Source: Acidobacteriota bacterium
GTDB taxonomy: Bacteria > Acidobacteriota > Terriglobia > Versatilivoradales > Versatilivoraceae
Length of the DNA: 64,000 bases
NCBI GenBank assembly: GCA_028875575.1
Contig: JAPPDF010000052.1
Coordinates: forward strand, 2,554 to 66,553
Reading direction: 5' to 3'
Below, in pieces: positions 38,731 to 48,876 of this stretch (positions are counted from its first letter, which is position 1; each line of letters opens with the position of its first letter). The notes beneath the pieces are model-generated. The model saw nothing but the letters and a program-made list of their open reading frames with translations, was not told where the DNA came from and did no database searches. Position numbers and translations under genes: made by a program.

Positions 38731-39996
38731 TCAAGGCTTAAGTCCCAGCATCTTCTTGATGGTGGCGATTTTCTGCTCTGCGGCGGGGTCCTGGCCCAAC
38801 GACTTGATTTCCGAGATGGGGCCGTGCAGGATCTTGTTCAATATCCCTCGAGTCAGCTGCTCCAGGGCGGCCTCCTGCTGATCATTCAGGGCCCCCAGCT
38901 TCTTGCGGTTCCTGGCCAGTTCCTCTCTCCGGATGTCGTCCCAGTGCTTCCGCAGCGAGACGATGGCCGGAGCCACATCCAGTCCTCGGGTTTGCTTGAT
39001 GTAGGACTGGACCTCCTCCTGGATGATGGCTTCCGCGAACTGAGCTTCCTTCCGACGCTGTTTGAGGTTGGCATCGACCACGTGCTGGAGGTCGTCGATG
39101 TCATAGAGAAAAATGTTGTCCAGGCGGTTTACCTCGGGGTCCACGTCGCGGGGCACTGCGATGTCGATGATGAAGACCGGCCGGTTCTTGCGCAACTGGA
39201 TCAACCTCTGCCCGTCGGACCTGGTGAGGATGAACCCGGGAGAACCGGTGGAACAGATGAGAATGTCTGCCCGTTCGACATGGCGAAAGAGCTCTTCCGG
39301 AGGGATCGCCTCTCCATTCAGGCCACTGGCCATTTCCACGGCCCGCCGGTAGGTCCGGTTCCAGACCAGCAGTCGGGAGATTCCTTGAGAAATCAGGTGT
39401 TTGGCTGCCAGTTCACTCATCTTTCCGGCCCCCAGCAACAACACCGTGCGTCCTCCCAGGTGGTCGAATATTTTCCTGGCCAGTTCCACCGCGGCAAAGC
39501 TGACCGATACTGCGGCGCTGGAGATGGCGGTCTCCGAACGCACTCGTTTGGCCACAAAAAACGCTCGATGAATCAGGGGGCTCAAGGCATCCCCCACGGA
39601 TCCGATACTGCGAGCCAGACTGAAGGCGGTCTTGAATTGACCCAGTATCTGGGGTTCTCCCAGCACCATCGAATCCAGACTGCTGGCGACGCGGAACACA
39701 TGACGCACCACCTCGGAGTGGGTCAGATCGTACAGGTAGGGGTGCAGGGACTCTTCCGGCTGGCGGTGAAAATCGGAGATGAAGTTTCTGACCATCATGA
39801 CGCCGTGTCGAGCATCCGCCGAGTGGGCCAGAACCTCCGTCCGATTGCAGGTCGACAGTATCAGACTCTCGGCGATGGCCGATTGGGCGGTGAGGCATTG
39901 CAAGGCCTCCCGCAGCCTGGAGTCCGGAAAGTGAAGCCTCTCGCGGACCTCGACCGGGGCTGTCTTGTGGCTAAGTCCTACCAGTAGCAGACTCAT
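38731..39996 (-). CDS. hemA: Glutamyl-tRNA reductase
   Basis: HemA family (LSTCNRTE active-site Cys context). ATG 39996 overlaps the upstream gene stop (ATGA). Confidence 0.9.
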   Translation of the reverse strand: MSLLLVGLSHKTAPVEVRERLHFPDSRLREALQCLTAQSAIAESLILSTCNRTEVLAHSADARHGVMMVRNFISDFHRQPEESLHPYLYDLTHSEVVRHVFRVASSLDSMVLGEPQILGQFKTAFSLARSIGSVGDALSPLIHRAFFVAKRVRSETAISSAAVSVSFAAVELARKIFDHLGGRTVLLLGAGKMSELAAKHLISQGISRLLVWNRTYRRAVEMASGLNGEAIPPEELFRHVERADILICSTGSPGFILTRSDGQRLIQLRKNRPVFIIDIAVPRDVDPEVNRLDNIFLYDIDDLQHVVDANLKQRRKEAQFAEAIIQEEVQSYIKQTRGLDVAPAIVSLRKHWDDIRREELARNRKKLGALNDQQEAALEQLTRGILNKILHGPISEIKSLGQDPAAEQKIATIKKMLGLKP

Positions 39997-40793
39997 TGGA
40001 TGAAAGGATGGGCGCTGCCCTGGGAGCGGGTGCCGAAAAAGGTTGCCAGGATGAGAATGAATCCCAGGATGGACATCCAGGCAGCGCGCCTGCCGCGCAG
40101 ACCCTCCGAGAATCGATAGGCGATAAGCACGGCGTAGACGATCCAGGTGCTGAAGGAGGCGATGATTTTCTTGTCCAGCTCCCACGGCGCCTGCCAAAGG
40201 ACGCCGGCTATCAGTCCCAGAGTCAACAGGGGAAAACCGATGCTGAGAGCCCGATACCCCAACTCGTCACAGACTTCAAGCGAGGGAAGGCGATAGTAGA
40301 ATGCCTGGGGTCTACGTCGCTTCAACTCGTTTTCCTGGATGAGGTACATTAATCCGGAGGCAAAGGCCACGAAAAAGGCCGCGTAGGCAAAGAAGATGAA
40401 TGGCACATGCAGGTAAAGCCAAAGGCTCCCCAGCATTTCGGGAAAGGGCTGGCTCGGCTCCGACGTCAGGTTGGCGGCCAGCGTCAAGATGAAGGCCAGC
40501 GGGAAAACGAAAACGCTCAATGAATCCAGCCGGTAGCGGGCGTAGGCCAGGAGGAATGCCAGCACGATCACCAGGGCGAAAAAGGAGAGCACGCCCTGCA
40601 ATTCGTTGATCGGCGGGTGACGGGTCTCGAACCAGGCCACGGAAATCGCCAGCAGATGGCACAGGAATCCCGCGGAAATACTGGCCAATGCGACCCGAAA
40701 CAGTGTCTTCTTGCGGGTAATGACGGTCAGGAATGAGTGGAGCAGGCCTACCGAGTAGAACGCGATGGTCAAGCGAAGCAGCAGCAGGCTCAT
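39993..40793 (-). CDS. Cytochrome c assembly protein (CcsA/ResC-like) preceding hemA
   Basis: Polytopic membrane protein of the CcsA family (W-rich region WxxxW…). Translationally coupled to hemA. Confidence 0.75.
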   Translation of the reverse strand: MSLLLLRLTIAFYSVGLLHSFLTVITRKKTLFRVALASISAGFLCHLLAISVAWFETRHPPINELQGVLSFFALVIVLAFLLAYARYRLDSLSVFVFPLAFILTLAANLTSEPSQPFPEMLGSLWLYLHVPFIFFAYAAFFVAFASGLMYLIQENELKRRRPQAFYYRLPSLEVCDELGYRALSIGFPLLTLGLIAGVLWQAPWELDKKIIASFSTWIVYAVLIAYRFSEGLRGRRAAWMSILGFILILATFFGTRSQGSAHPFIQ

Positions 40794-40822
40794 AGGGATC
40801 TCTGGGACAAGCTTGGAAGCGG

Positions 40823-41677
40823 TTGCCGCTCGGGACGAATCGCCGCAACCCATTATACTATCGGCATTTCGATCCAACAAGGAGCCCCGATACCGGTCCC
40901 CGCCGCACTTCCGGACCGGCTAGAGTTTATTCGCGCACCTATGCTAAGCTGCGGCTGATCGTGGCACTCGGGCCGCCCTGGAGGGTCATCGGGTCGGGTG
41001 CCGTCTTCGCCATCGGAGCCTCCGTGATCGACACCGCGCAGTTGGTCCAGTTTCTTTTTTTCATGATCGTGTTTCTGTTTTCTCTCAGTGTGCACGAGGC
41101 GGCTCATGCCAAGACCGCAGAGTGGTTTGGAGATCCCACGGCGCGATACCTCGGACGGGTAACGTTGAATCCGATCGCGCATATCGACGTGGTTGGAACC
41201 CTGATTTTCCCCGCCATTGCTTTCTTTTCGGGGGGGCTGCTGTTTGGTTGGGCCAAGCCGGTTCCCTGGAATCCGCTTCACGTCAAGGATCGCCGCAAGG
41301 CGGATATCTGGATTTCCGCGGCCGGACCCATCAGCAACCTGCTGCTGCTGGCTGTTTTCCTCCTGGGCGTAAAGGGCCTCCAGAGCTATGAGATGGGCGG
41401 AGGGGTGATCGTTGGGACAGTGCTGGAGCCACTGTGGCGGATGTGTCTGCTGGGAGCCTTCCTCAATACCGCCCTGGCCGTGTTCAACATGATTCCCATT
41501 CCACCCTTGGACGGAAGTTGGATTCTGCCCCACTTCCTGCCGAGTGGTTTGGCCGATGCCTACCACCAGATTCGCCCCTATGGATTTCTTATTCTGTTCG
41601 TGTGTCTTTATCTCGGCGTCCTGGGTGGAGTGCTGAGACCCTTCATGCAAATCGTCCACTGGATCATCGCCGCCTGA
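40823..41677 (+). CDS. Site-2 protease family (M50) membrane zinc metalloprotease
   Basis: HEAAH zinc motif in the first TM helix and LDG motif (PPLDGS) downstream. The real start is probably an internal GTG (around 40951 or 41026). Confidence 0.7.
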   Translation: MPLGTNRRNPLYYRHFDPTRSPDTGPRRTSGPARVYSRTYAKLRLIVALGPPWRVIGSGAVFAIGASVIDTAQLVQFLFFMIVFLFSLSVHEAAHAKTAEWFGDPTARYLGRVTLNPIAHIDVVGTLIFPAIAFFSGGLLFGWAKPVPWNPLHVKDRRKADIWISAAGPISNLLLLAVFLLGVKGLQSYEMGGGVIVGTVLEPLWRMCLLGAFLNTALAVFNMIPIPPLDGSWILPHFLPSGLADAYHQIRPYGFLILFVCLYLGVLGGVLRPFMQIVHWIIAA

Positions 41678-41701
41678 CAGTTGCCGGGCGACCCTATTCA
41701 C

Positions 41702-42703
41702 ATGGTTCCCTCAGAGTCAAACAAACCTCGAATTTCCAGTGGAATGCGTCCCACCGGCAAGCTCCATCTCGGGCACGTGGTAGGTGCCCTGAAGAATTGG
41801 GTGGAACTGCAGGAGAGTTACCGGAGTTTCCACTTCATTGCCGACTGGCACGCGCTGACCTCCGATTTCGCCGATACTTCGGAAATCGACCACTTTCGCA
41901 CTGAGATCATGATCGACTGGCTGGCAGCCGGTCTTGACCCGCAGAAGTCGGTGCTCTTCGTGCAGTCGGCAGTTCCCGAGCACGCCGAGCTGCACCTGCT
42001 TTTCTCCATGATCACGCCGCTGGGATGGCTGGAAAGGGTTCCGACCTACAAGGAACAGCGAGACAACGTACCCGACAAGGACCTGGGCAACTACGGCTTC
42101 CTGGGGTATCCGGTGCTGCAAGCCGCGGATATCCTGATGTACAGGGCCGACGCCGTGCCGGTGGGCGAGGATCAGGTGCCGCACGTGGAGCTCACTCGGG
42201 AGATTGGCCGGCGTTTCAACTCCCTCTACGGTCGGGTCTTCCCGGAACCTCAGGCTCTGTTGACTCCCGTCCCCAGGCTTCCCGGACTGGATGGGCGCAA
42301 GATGAGCAAGAGTTACGGCAACGATATCTCCCTTTCCGACTCCCCCGAGACCATTCACGCCAAGGTCAGGACAATGATGACCGATCCGGCCCGAAAGCGC
42401 CGCCACGATCCGGGAAATCCTGAACTCTGTCCGGTTTTTTCCTACCACAAGATCTATTCGTCCCGGGAGACACAGGCGACGGTCGATAGAGAATGCCGGA
42501 CGGCCGGGATCGGTTGCGTCGACTGCAAGAAGTGGATGAGCGACGGCTTGATCCGTGAGTTGTCCCCCCTGCTGGAACGCCGGCGGGACTACGCGGGCCG
42601 TCGTCAAGAGATCGGTGAAATCATTCAGGACGGGAATCGACGGGCCGCCCAGGAGGCCGGCGAGACGATGCAGGCCGTTCGACAGGCCATGAAGATGACC
42701 TGA
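41702..42703 (+). CDS. trpS: Tryptophan--tRNA ligase
   Basis: Class I aaRS HIGH-type motif (TGKLHLGH) and KMSKS (KMSKS present). Confidence 0.9.
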   Translation: MVPSESNKPRISSGMRPTGKLHLGHVVGALKNWVELQESYRSFHFIADWHALTSDFADTSEIDHFRTEIMIDWLAAGLDPQKSVLFVQSAVPEHAELHLLFSMITPLGWLERVPTYKEQRDNVPDKDLGNYGFLGYPVLQAADILMYRADAVPVGEDQVPHVELTREIGRRFNSLYGRVFPEPQALLTPVPRLPGLDGRKMSKSYGNDISLSDSPETIHAKVRTMMTDPARKRRHDPGNPELCPVFSYHKIYSSRETQATVDRECRTAGIGCVDCKKWMSDGLIRELSPLLERRRDYAGRRQEIGEIIQDGNRRAAQEAGETMQAVRQAMKMT

Positions 42704-42712
42704 CAACCACCC

Positions 42713-43504
42713 ATGGACGATCCTTACAGGATTCAGTTGCCGGCCTACGAGGGCCCTCTGGATCTGTTGCTGGAGCTGATTCGCAAGCAGCAGATCGACA
42801 TCTACGACATCCCCATCGCCAAGATTACACGGCAGTACCTGGACACGATCCGGGCCATGCAGGAACTCGACATCAAGCTTGCCGGCGAGTTCCTGTTGAT
42901 GGCGGCAACCCTCATCCACATCAAGTCCAGGATGCTCCTGCCCGCCGATCCGCTTGAGCCGGAGGGCATGCAGGACGACCCCCGGGCCGAGCTGGTGCAT
43001 CGGCTTCTGGAGCACGAGAAGTTCAAGAACGCCGCTCAAATGCTCCACCAGAAGGAACAAGTGGAGCGGGCCAGCTGGACCCTGCCGGGAGTGTGGGATT
43101 TTCGGGAGACATCGGTGGAACCCGAGCAGAAAGCCAGCTCCTTCGACCTGATTATCTCTCTGCACAGGATTCAGGAGCGGCACAGGGCCGTCCGAGCCAT
43201 GGAAATCGAGCAGGAAGAGGTGACCATCGGGAAGGTTCTCCATGACTTGAAGACCATTTTCGAGGATTCCGGGGGCGAGGTCTCCGTCGACCGGCTGTTT
43301 GCCCTCTATCGGAGCCGAAAGGCGCTGGTGGTGGTGTTTGTCGCCCTCTTGGAGATGTCCTATCTGCAGGCCATTGTGCTGGTTCAAAAGCAGCGTTTCG
43401 GCGATATCGTGGCCAGGCGCAAGGACAAATTTACCGAGGTGATGGGTGACCTTGAACTATGGACAGGCCGGATAGAACTGGCGGTGGCCGGCAGACCCTC
43501 CTGA
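42713..43504 (+). CDS. scpA: Segregation and condensation protein A
   Basis: ScpA family (YEGPLDLLLELI…). Confidence 0.9.
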   Translation: MDDPYRIQLPAYEGPLDLLLELIRKQQIDIYDIPIAKITRQYLDTIRAMQELDIKLAGEFLLMAATLIHIKSRMLLPADPLEPEGMQDDPRAELVHRLLEHEKFKNAAQMLHQKEQVERASWTLPGVWDFRETSVEPEQKASSFDLIISLHRIQERHRAVRAMEIEQEEVTIGKVLHDLKTIFEDSGGEVSVDRLFALYRSRKALVVVFVALLEMSYLQAIVLVQKQRFGDIVARRKDKFTEVMGDLELWTGRIELAVAGRPS

Positions 43505-43759
43505 AATCGGATTGATTGGTGGAGAGTGAAGAGTGAAGAGCTACTTGATCGACACGCAAAGCATCTTGTCGGTCTCGGCGAAGTCCTTCGCGAAGTGCAA
43601 CCAAGTCATCGGGCACTGGCTTGCATTTGCGACTGACCACTGGCCACCGGCTACTCTCCACTCTCCACTATTCACCTATCCGTGCCGCTGTCCCGGACGA
43701 CGGGGCGTCTCATGAGGGGCGAAACAGGGGACTGTTCCAGGCAAGCTTCGGAGTGCGGG

Positions 43760-44443
43760 ATGAATGAAGAAGAGCTGAGACCGATCGTGGAGGCGCTCGT
43801 CTACCTGGCGGAGGAACCCGTCACCGTGGCTTCCATGGTCGAATTGTTGGGAAAGGAAAACGAAGCTTCCATTCGCCAAGCGCTTTCTCACCTTCGTCGC
43901 CGCTACGCCTCGCCCGAGCACGGAATCGAGATCAAGGAGATCGCCGACGGCTACAGGATGGCCACCAAGCCCGAGCATCACGCCTGGGTTCAGAAGTTTT
44001 TGAAACACCAGGCCCCAGTGATCAGGCTCTCGCTGCCTGCCTTGGAAACCCTGGCGGTGATCGCCTACAAGCAGCCGGTCACTCTCCCGGAAATCCAGGA
44101 AATTCGGGGAGTCAACGCCACGGCCGTTATGAAGACTCTGGTCGAAAAGAAACTGGTAACCGCCGGCGGGCGCAAGAACGTTGTGGGCAGGCCCATTCTT
44201 TACAAGACCACTCGAGACTTTTTGCTTCAATTCGGGCTCAAGAACCTGGGGGAACTCCCCAGCCTGGACGAATATGAGGAACTGGCGCAGGCATCCCTGG
44301 AGGGAATGGCGGTCACGAGTGGAGCCGAATCGGAAACGGGAGCGGAAGGCGCCTCCAACCGGCGGGAGACCGCCATCGCCTCCTCGAGCGCCGGCGAACA
44401 GTCGGGCGACGGTCGGGTGGTTCCCGGGAAGCAGACGCCTTGA
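43760..44443 (+). CDS. scpB: Segregation and condensation protein B
   Basis: ScpB family winged-helix pair. ATG 43760 (MNEEELRPIVEALVY…). Confidence 0.85.
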   Translation: MNEEELRPIVEALVYLAEEPVTVASMVELLGKENEASIRQALSHLRRRYASPEHGIEIKEIADGYRMATKPEHHAWVQKFLKHQAPVIRLSLPALETLAVIAYKQPVTLPEIQEIRGVNATAVMKTLVEKKLVTAGGRKNVVGRPILYKTTRDFLLQFGLKNLGELPSLDEYEELAQASLEGMAVTSGAESETGAEGASNRRETAIASSSAGEQSGDGRVVPGKQTP

Positions 44444-44448
44444 GAGCC

Positions 44449-45186
44449 ATGGTGACGGACCGGCTGCAGAAAGTCATTGCCCACGCCGGCGTTTGTTCCC
44501 GGCGCCGGGCCGAAGTCTTGATTCAGGAGGGGAGGGTTTCCGTAAACGGCAAGCCGGTCACCCGGCCAGGCGCCAAAGTGGATACCTCCCGTGACCATGT
44601 TCGAGTCGACGGGAACCGTATTCGTCCGGACGGGCGGCGAACCTATCTGCTGCTAAACAAGCCGCGAGGATATTTGTGCACCCTTTCGGACCCGGCCGGC
44701 AGGCCACTGGTGGGCCAGCTGATTCGGGGGTGCCCACCGGGAGTGAACTCGGTCGGCCGTCTGGATTTCAACACTGAAGGTCTACTGCTCTTGACCAATG
44801 ACGGCGAATTTGCCAACCGGATCGCCTCAGCCGGATCTCATTGTCCCAAGACCTATGTGGCCAAAGTGAGAGGGACTCCCAGTCGGGCCATTCTGGCGAG
44901 GGTCTCGAAAGGACTCTCCCTGGACGGAAGAAAGCTGGCGCCTTGCAAAATCGCCATGGCGAAGCAGGGCGACAACTGTTGGCTGAGAATTACGTTGATC
45001 GAGGGCAGAAACAACCAGATCCGTAAAATGTTTGACCGTGTCGGACACTCTGTGATCAAGTTACGACGCATCCAGATCGGGTATTTGAAGGACGCCCGGC
45101 TGAAACCGGGGGAGTACCGCCACTTGAGCCGCCAGGAAGTGATGCGCTTTCTGGATGCGAAGTCGGATACACGCAAGGAAGCGTGA
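44449..45186 (+). CDS. rluB: Ribosomal large subunit pseudouridine synthase B (S4 domain plus RsuA-type catalytic domain)
   Basis: S4 domain (…HAGVCSRRRAEVLI…) and catalytic motif GRLDFNTEGLLLLTNDG. Confidence 0.85.
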   Translation: MVTDRLQKVIAHAGVCSRRRAEVLIQEGRVSVNGKPVTRPGAKVDTSRDHVRVDGNRIRPDGRRTYLLLNKPRGYLCTLSDPAGRPLVGQLIRGCPPGVNSVGRLDFNTEGLLLLTNDGEFANRIASAGSHCPKTYVAKVRGTPSRAILARVSKGLSLDGRKLAPCKIAMAKQGDNCWLRITLIEGRNNQIRKMFDRVGHSVIKLRRIQIGYLKDARLKPGEYRHLSRQEVMRFLDAKSDTRKEA

Positions 45187-45322
45187 GAATCGCGGGCTCG
45201 GGTTGGAACCGGAGAGACGGAATCGATCCGTATTCTCACCCCTGGCCCGCGGGGGCGCAGGCACTGGTGTCCCGCACTGCCAACCCGGTGAGAAATATGG
45301 GCTTGTCCCACGGGGTGGACCC

Positions 45323-45730
45323 ATGAACGACCCTACGGAAATCAAGCGCCTGCTCGAGTGTTCCAGGACCATTGCCGTGGTCGGACTCTCCGCCAATCCA
45401 AGCCGGCCCAGCAATGCGGTGGCTCGCTACATGCAGACGCAGGGCTACCGAATCGTTCCCGTGAATCCCAACCACCAAGCGGTCCTGGGGGAGTTCTGCT
45501 ACCCCAGCCTGCTCGACATCCCTGCTTCCACTTCCATCGATCTGGTCAATGTTTTCCGTCGTCCGGATGCCATTCCCCTAGTGGTGGAGCAGACCATGCA
45601 GATCGGTGTCGGAGCCATATGGATGCAGGAGGGTGTCGTCGACGGACAGGCGGCCCGGAAGGCCGAGCATGCCGGATTGACGGTGATCATGGATCGGTGC
45701 CTGCTCAAGGAACACAGCCAGTACATCTAG
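45323..45730 (+). CDS. CoA-binding domain protein (YccU/YneT family)
   Basis: IAVVGLSANPSRPS…RIVPVNP pattern of the CoA-binding fold. ATG 45323. Confidence 0.75.
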   Translation: MNDPTEIKRLLECSRTIAVVGLSANPSRPSNAVARYMQTQGYRIVPVNPNHQAVLGEFCYPSLLDIPASTSIDLVNVFRRPDAIPLVVEQTMQIGVGAIWMQEGVVDGQAARKAEHAGLTVIMDRCLLKEHSQYI

Positions 45731-45835
45731 CCTTCCTTTTGCTTGAATGCGTCGGGACGATCTGTTAGCTTAAATTGCTTTCCGGGCGTTTCAAGAAAAC
45801 TGAATCGGGTCCGAATTTTCCCCTTGGGTGGCGCC

Positions 45836-47170
45836 ATGGCGCAGCAACGACCTCACGGTCTCGCTTCCAGGTTGAACGAACGGCTCGAGTCCGTTGTCAT
45901 GGTCAGCGCAATCTTGGGACTGTCGCTGGCGTGGCTGTGGCTGCTGCCCGATGATCCCTCGGCAGCACCCATCCAGCCTTTAAACCACCAGACCCCTCCT
46001 GCCACCGAGCACCCGCCACCGCCACCTCAACTGAGTGTGATTGAGGGGAAAGTCGCGAGAAACGCCACCTTCGGCCAACTGATGGGTGCCCACGGTTTTT
46101 CCCCTGAGACCGTTTACCGGCTGACGCGCACGAGCCGGCCGGTCTACAACCTGGCCAGACTCAGGGCAGGGAATCGATTCGAGTTGGAACGGCTGGCTGA
46201 CGGCAGGCTGAACGCATTCCGCTACCAGGTGGACTCCGACAAGTATCTGCAGTTGGATCGCACCGGCGACGGCTTTCGGGCTCAATTGATTCCCATCGAG
46301 TACGAAAAGCGCGAACTGCCGGTGGCAGGAACCATTGAGTCTTCCTTGTTCGGCACGCTTTCCGACCTGCAGGAAAAGGATCAGTTGGCTCTGGACATGG
46401 CCGAGATCTTTTCCTGGGACATTGACTTCAACACCGAGATCCAAAGAGGGGACCATTTTCGCCTGATGGTCGAAAAGCTCTATCTGGAAGATCGAATGGT
46501 CCGATATGGAAACATCCTGGCCGCGGAGTTTCATAACGCCGGGAAACTCTATACCGGATACCGCTTCGAAGATCCTGAGGGTGAGGTCGGTTATTTCGAC
46601 GATCGCGGGCGATCGCTCAAGCGGGACTTTCTAAGATCTCCGGTGAAGTTTTCCCGCATCAGCTCGCGCTTTTCCTACAGGAGGCTTCATCCCATCCTGC
46701 GAAAGCGACGGCCGCACCTGGGAGTCGACTACGCGGCGCCTACAGGGACTCGGGTTGTGGCGGCCGGCAACGGCCGAGTACGGTTCCGCGGATGGAAGGG
46801 CGGTTACGGCAACCTGATTGAAATCAGGCACGGCAACGGGTTCACGACCTACTACGCCCACTTGTCCCGCTTTGCCCGAGGATTGCGGAGGGGTTCGAAA
46901 GTCATCCAGGGCCAGGTAATTGGCTACGTCGGGTCGACCGGACTCTCCACCGGTCCCCACCTCGACTACCGAGTGCGGCGAAACGGTGTCTTTGTAAATC
47001 CGCTCACTCTCAAGATGAAGCCGTCCAAACCGCTGAAGCCCGAATACCGGAGTGCGTTTCGGCAAGTCAAGCTGCAGTGGCAGCAACAGTTGGCCGCGAT
47101 CGCTCCTCCCGCGGAACAGACCCGACAAGCCAGTTCGGCCCACGGCTTCGAGGCAGATTTCATCTACTAG
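45836..47170 (+). CDS. M23 family metallopeptidase (peptidoglycan DD-endopeptidase-like) with N-terminal TM anchor
   Basis: C-terminal M23 signature HLGVDYAAPTGTRV…HLDY. N-terminal TM (VVMVSAILGLSLAWLWLL). Confidence 0.8.
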   Translation: MAQQRPHGLASRLNERLESVVMVSAILGLSLAWLWLLPDDPSAAPIQPLNHQTPPATEHPPPPPQLSVIEGKVARNATFGQLMGAHGFSPETVYRLTRTSRPVYNLARLRAGNRFELERLADGRLNAFRYQVDSDKYLQLDRTGDGFRAQLIPIEYEKRELPVAGTIESSLFGTLSDLQEKDQLALDMAEIFSWDIDFNTEIQRGDHFRLMVEKLYLEDRMVRYGNILAAEFHNAGKLYTGYRFEDPEGEVGYFDDRGRSLKRDFLRSPVKFSRISSRFSYRRLHPILRKRRPHLGVDYAAPTGTRVVAAGNGRVRFRGWKGGYGNLIEIRHGNGFTTYYAHLSRFARGLRRGSKVIQGQVIGYVGSTGLSTGPHLDYRVRRNGVFVNPLTLKMKPSKPLKPEYRSAFRQVKLQWQQQLAAIAPPAEQTRQASSAHGFEADFIY

Positions 47171-47231
47171 ATGGTTGTGACCTGAACGTCCCGGATGCTG
47201 CTGACCAGCAGTGATTCCCCAGGAGGTAGCG

Positions 47232-48803
47232 GTGAACATTCTGCTTTTTTCGATGCCGGACTCGTTTGAGCACATGCCCACCGTGGCCATTCGCATGCCT
47301 AACGGAGCCCTGACGTCGCTTGCAGGCAACGTCGATTCACATCATCGCGTGTCTGTCGCCGATCTGATTCTGGTGCAATCTCAGGTTCGCCAAACCGTGA
47401 TTCGCCTGGTTCAGGAGTGTCAGCCGGATGTGGTCGGGCTATCGGTGATGACCTTCCAGCGCCATACTGCCCAAAAGATCATCAGCCTGGTGCGCCGGCT
47501 CAAGCCCGATGCCCATATCGTGGTGGGCGGCTACGACCCCAGCCTGGATCGGGTTGCCTACACCCGTCCTGTGCCCGGGAGGCCTGATTTTATCGTTCGC
47601 GGGGAAGGAGAGAAGACCTTTCGGGAGCTGCTGCAAGCCCTGGAAAACGGCAAGGATTACTCTGCCATCGCCGGTTTGTCGTATCGGCAGGGAGACCGAT
47701 TTCACCATAATCCGGAGCGCCCGGCAAGCTCACTGACGGGCGAGGAGGTCAAGCTTCCGCGCAGGGATTCCAGGGTTCTGCAGGGCTACACGTTGCTGGG
47801 GAGGCCGGTTGACGTTGTGGAGACCTCACGCGGTTGCACCTATGATTGCAGCTTTTGCTCAATCATCGAAATGCGGGGACGAAACTTCCACACCTACCAT
47901 ATCGAGCGGGTCATCGAGGATATTCGTGATGCCTACCAGCGGGGGGCCCGGGCCGTCTTCCTGGTGGACGACAACATCACGCTGAACGTGCACCGCTTTG
48001 AAGCCTTTTGCCAGGCAATCATCGACGCGGAGCTGAACGACGTCGACTACATTCTTCAAGGCATGACCTCGGCTCTGGCCAACCACGGGGAACGTCTGGC
48101 CCCGCTCATGCGCCGGGCCGGATTCCGCTATGTGTTCCTGGGAATTGAAAATATCCTGGAAGAAGATCTGAAATTCCTGCGGGCCAGCTCCAAGAACCAG
48201 GAGCGCCAGAATGGACGCTCTGTAGGCAATGCCTCCATTCGGGCGATCGAGTATCTCCATCAGAACGGGATCTACGTGGTCGGCGGACTTATCGTCGGGA
48301 ATCCGGACGATACCCGGGAATCCATCCTGACCAACCTGGAGTTCGCCAAAAAGTATATCGACTGGCCCTATATTCAACACCCCACACCCTATCCGGGCAC
48401 TCCCATGACCCTGGATTTCCGCGCCCGCAATCTGATCATCAACGAAGCGCTGGAGGAATATGACGGCACCACCGCCGTGGTGAAGGCGGAGCACCTTTCG
48501 GCTCAGGAAATCGAGTTTCTGCGATGGCAGGCCGAGCGCTGGATCAAGACACGGCATTTCCCTACGGCGCTGTGGCACAGTCCCGGATTCGTGTTTCGGC
48601 ACGGGCACAAGATGCTGACCCATACCTTCAGGGGCAGCAGTTGGAAATCTGCGTTGGGGTTGGAATCGTCTCGTCAAGTCTATGAGCGCTACCAGGCCAT
48701 CCGCAAATCCGAACGGAACTACCTGCCACTTGAGGTTCCTTCCCGGGATGCCGCGGACATTCCGCGAGACACCTCTTCCCGGCCGGTCCGAAAAACCGCA
48801 TAG
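47232..48803 (+). CDS. B12-binding domain-containing radical SAM protein (class B)
   Basis: N-terminal cobalamin-binding fold followed by radical SAM CxxxCxxC (CTYDCSFCS). GTG start 5 nt after AGGAGG. Confidence 0.8.
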   Translation: MNILLFSMPDSFEHMPTVAIRMPNGALTSLAGNVDSHHRVSVADLILVQSQVRQTVIRLVQECQPDVVGLSVMTFQRHTAQKIISLVRRLKPDAHIVVGGYDPSLDRVAYTRPVPGRPDFIVRGEGEKTFRELLQALENGKDYSAIAGLSYRQGDRFHHNPERPASSLTGEEVKLPRRDSRVLQGYTLLGRPVDVVETSRGCTYDCSFCSIIEMRGRNFHTYHIERVIEDIRDAYQRGARAVFLVDDNITLNVHRFEAFCQAIIDAELNDVDYILQGMTSALANHGERLAPLMRRAGFRYVFLGIENILEEDLKFLRASSKNQERQNGRSVGNASIRAIEYLHQNGIYVVGGLIVGNPDDTRESILTNLEFAKKYIDWPYIQHPTPYPGTPMTLDFRARNLIINEALEEYDGTTAVVKAEHLSAQEIEFLRWQAERWIKTRHFPTALWHSPGFVFRHGHKMLTHTFRGSSWKSALGLESSRQVYERYQAIRKSERNYLPLEVPSRDAADIPRDTSSRPVRKTA

Positions 48804-48876
48804 GTCCCCCATTATCTCTATCTTCTCCGATTCCAGCCGCCAATCCGTTGATTCTCAAGCTCCTGGTTCCTGCGTC

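Noticed and set aside
43533-43715. 60-codon ORF between scpA and scpB
   Set aside because: No RBS, Cys/Pro/Arg-rich low-complexity translation, and it spans the inverted-repeat insert. Treated as non-coding.
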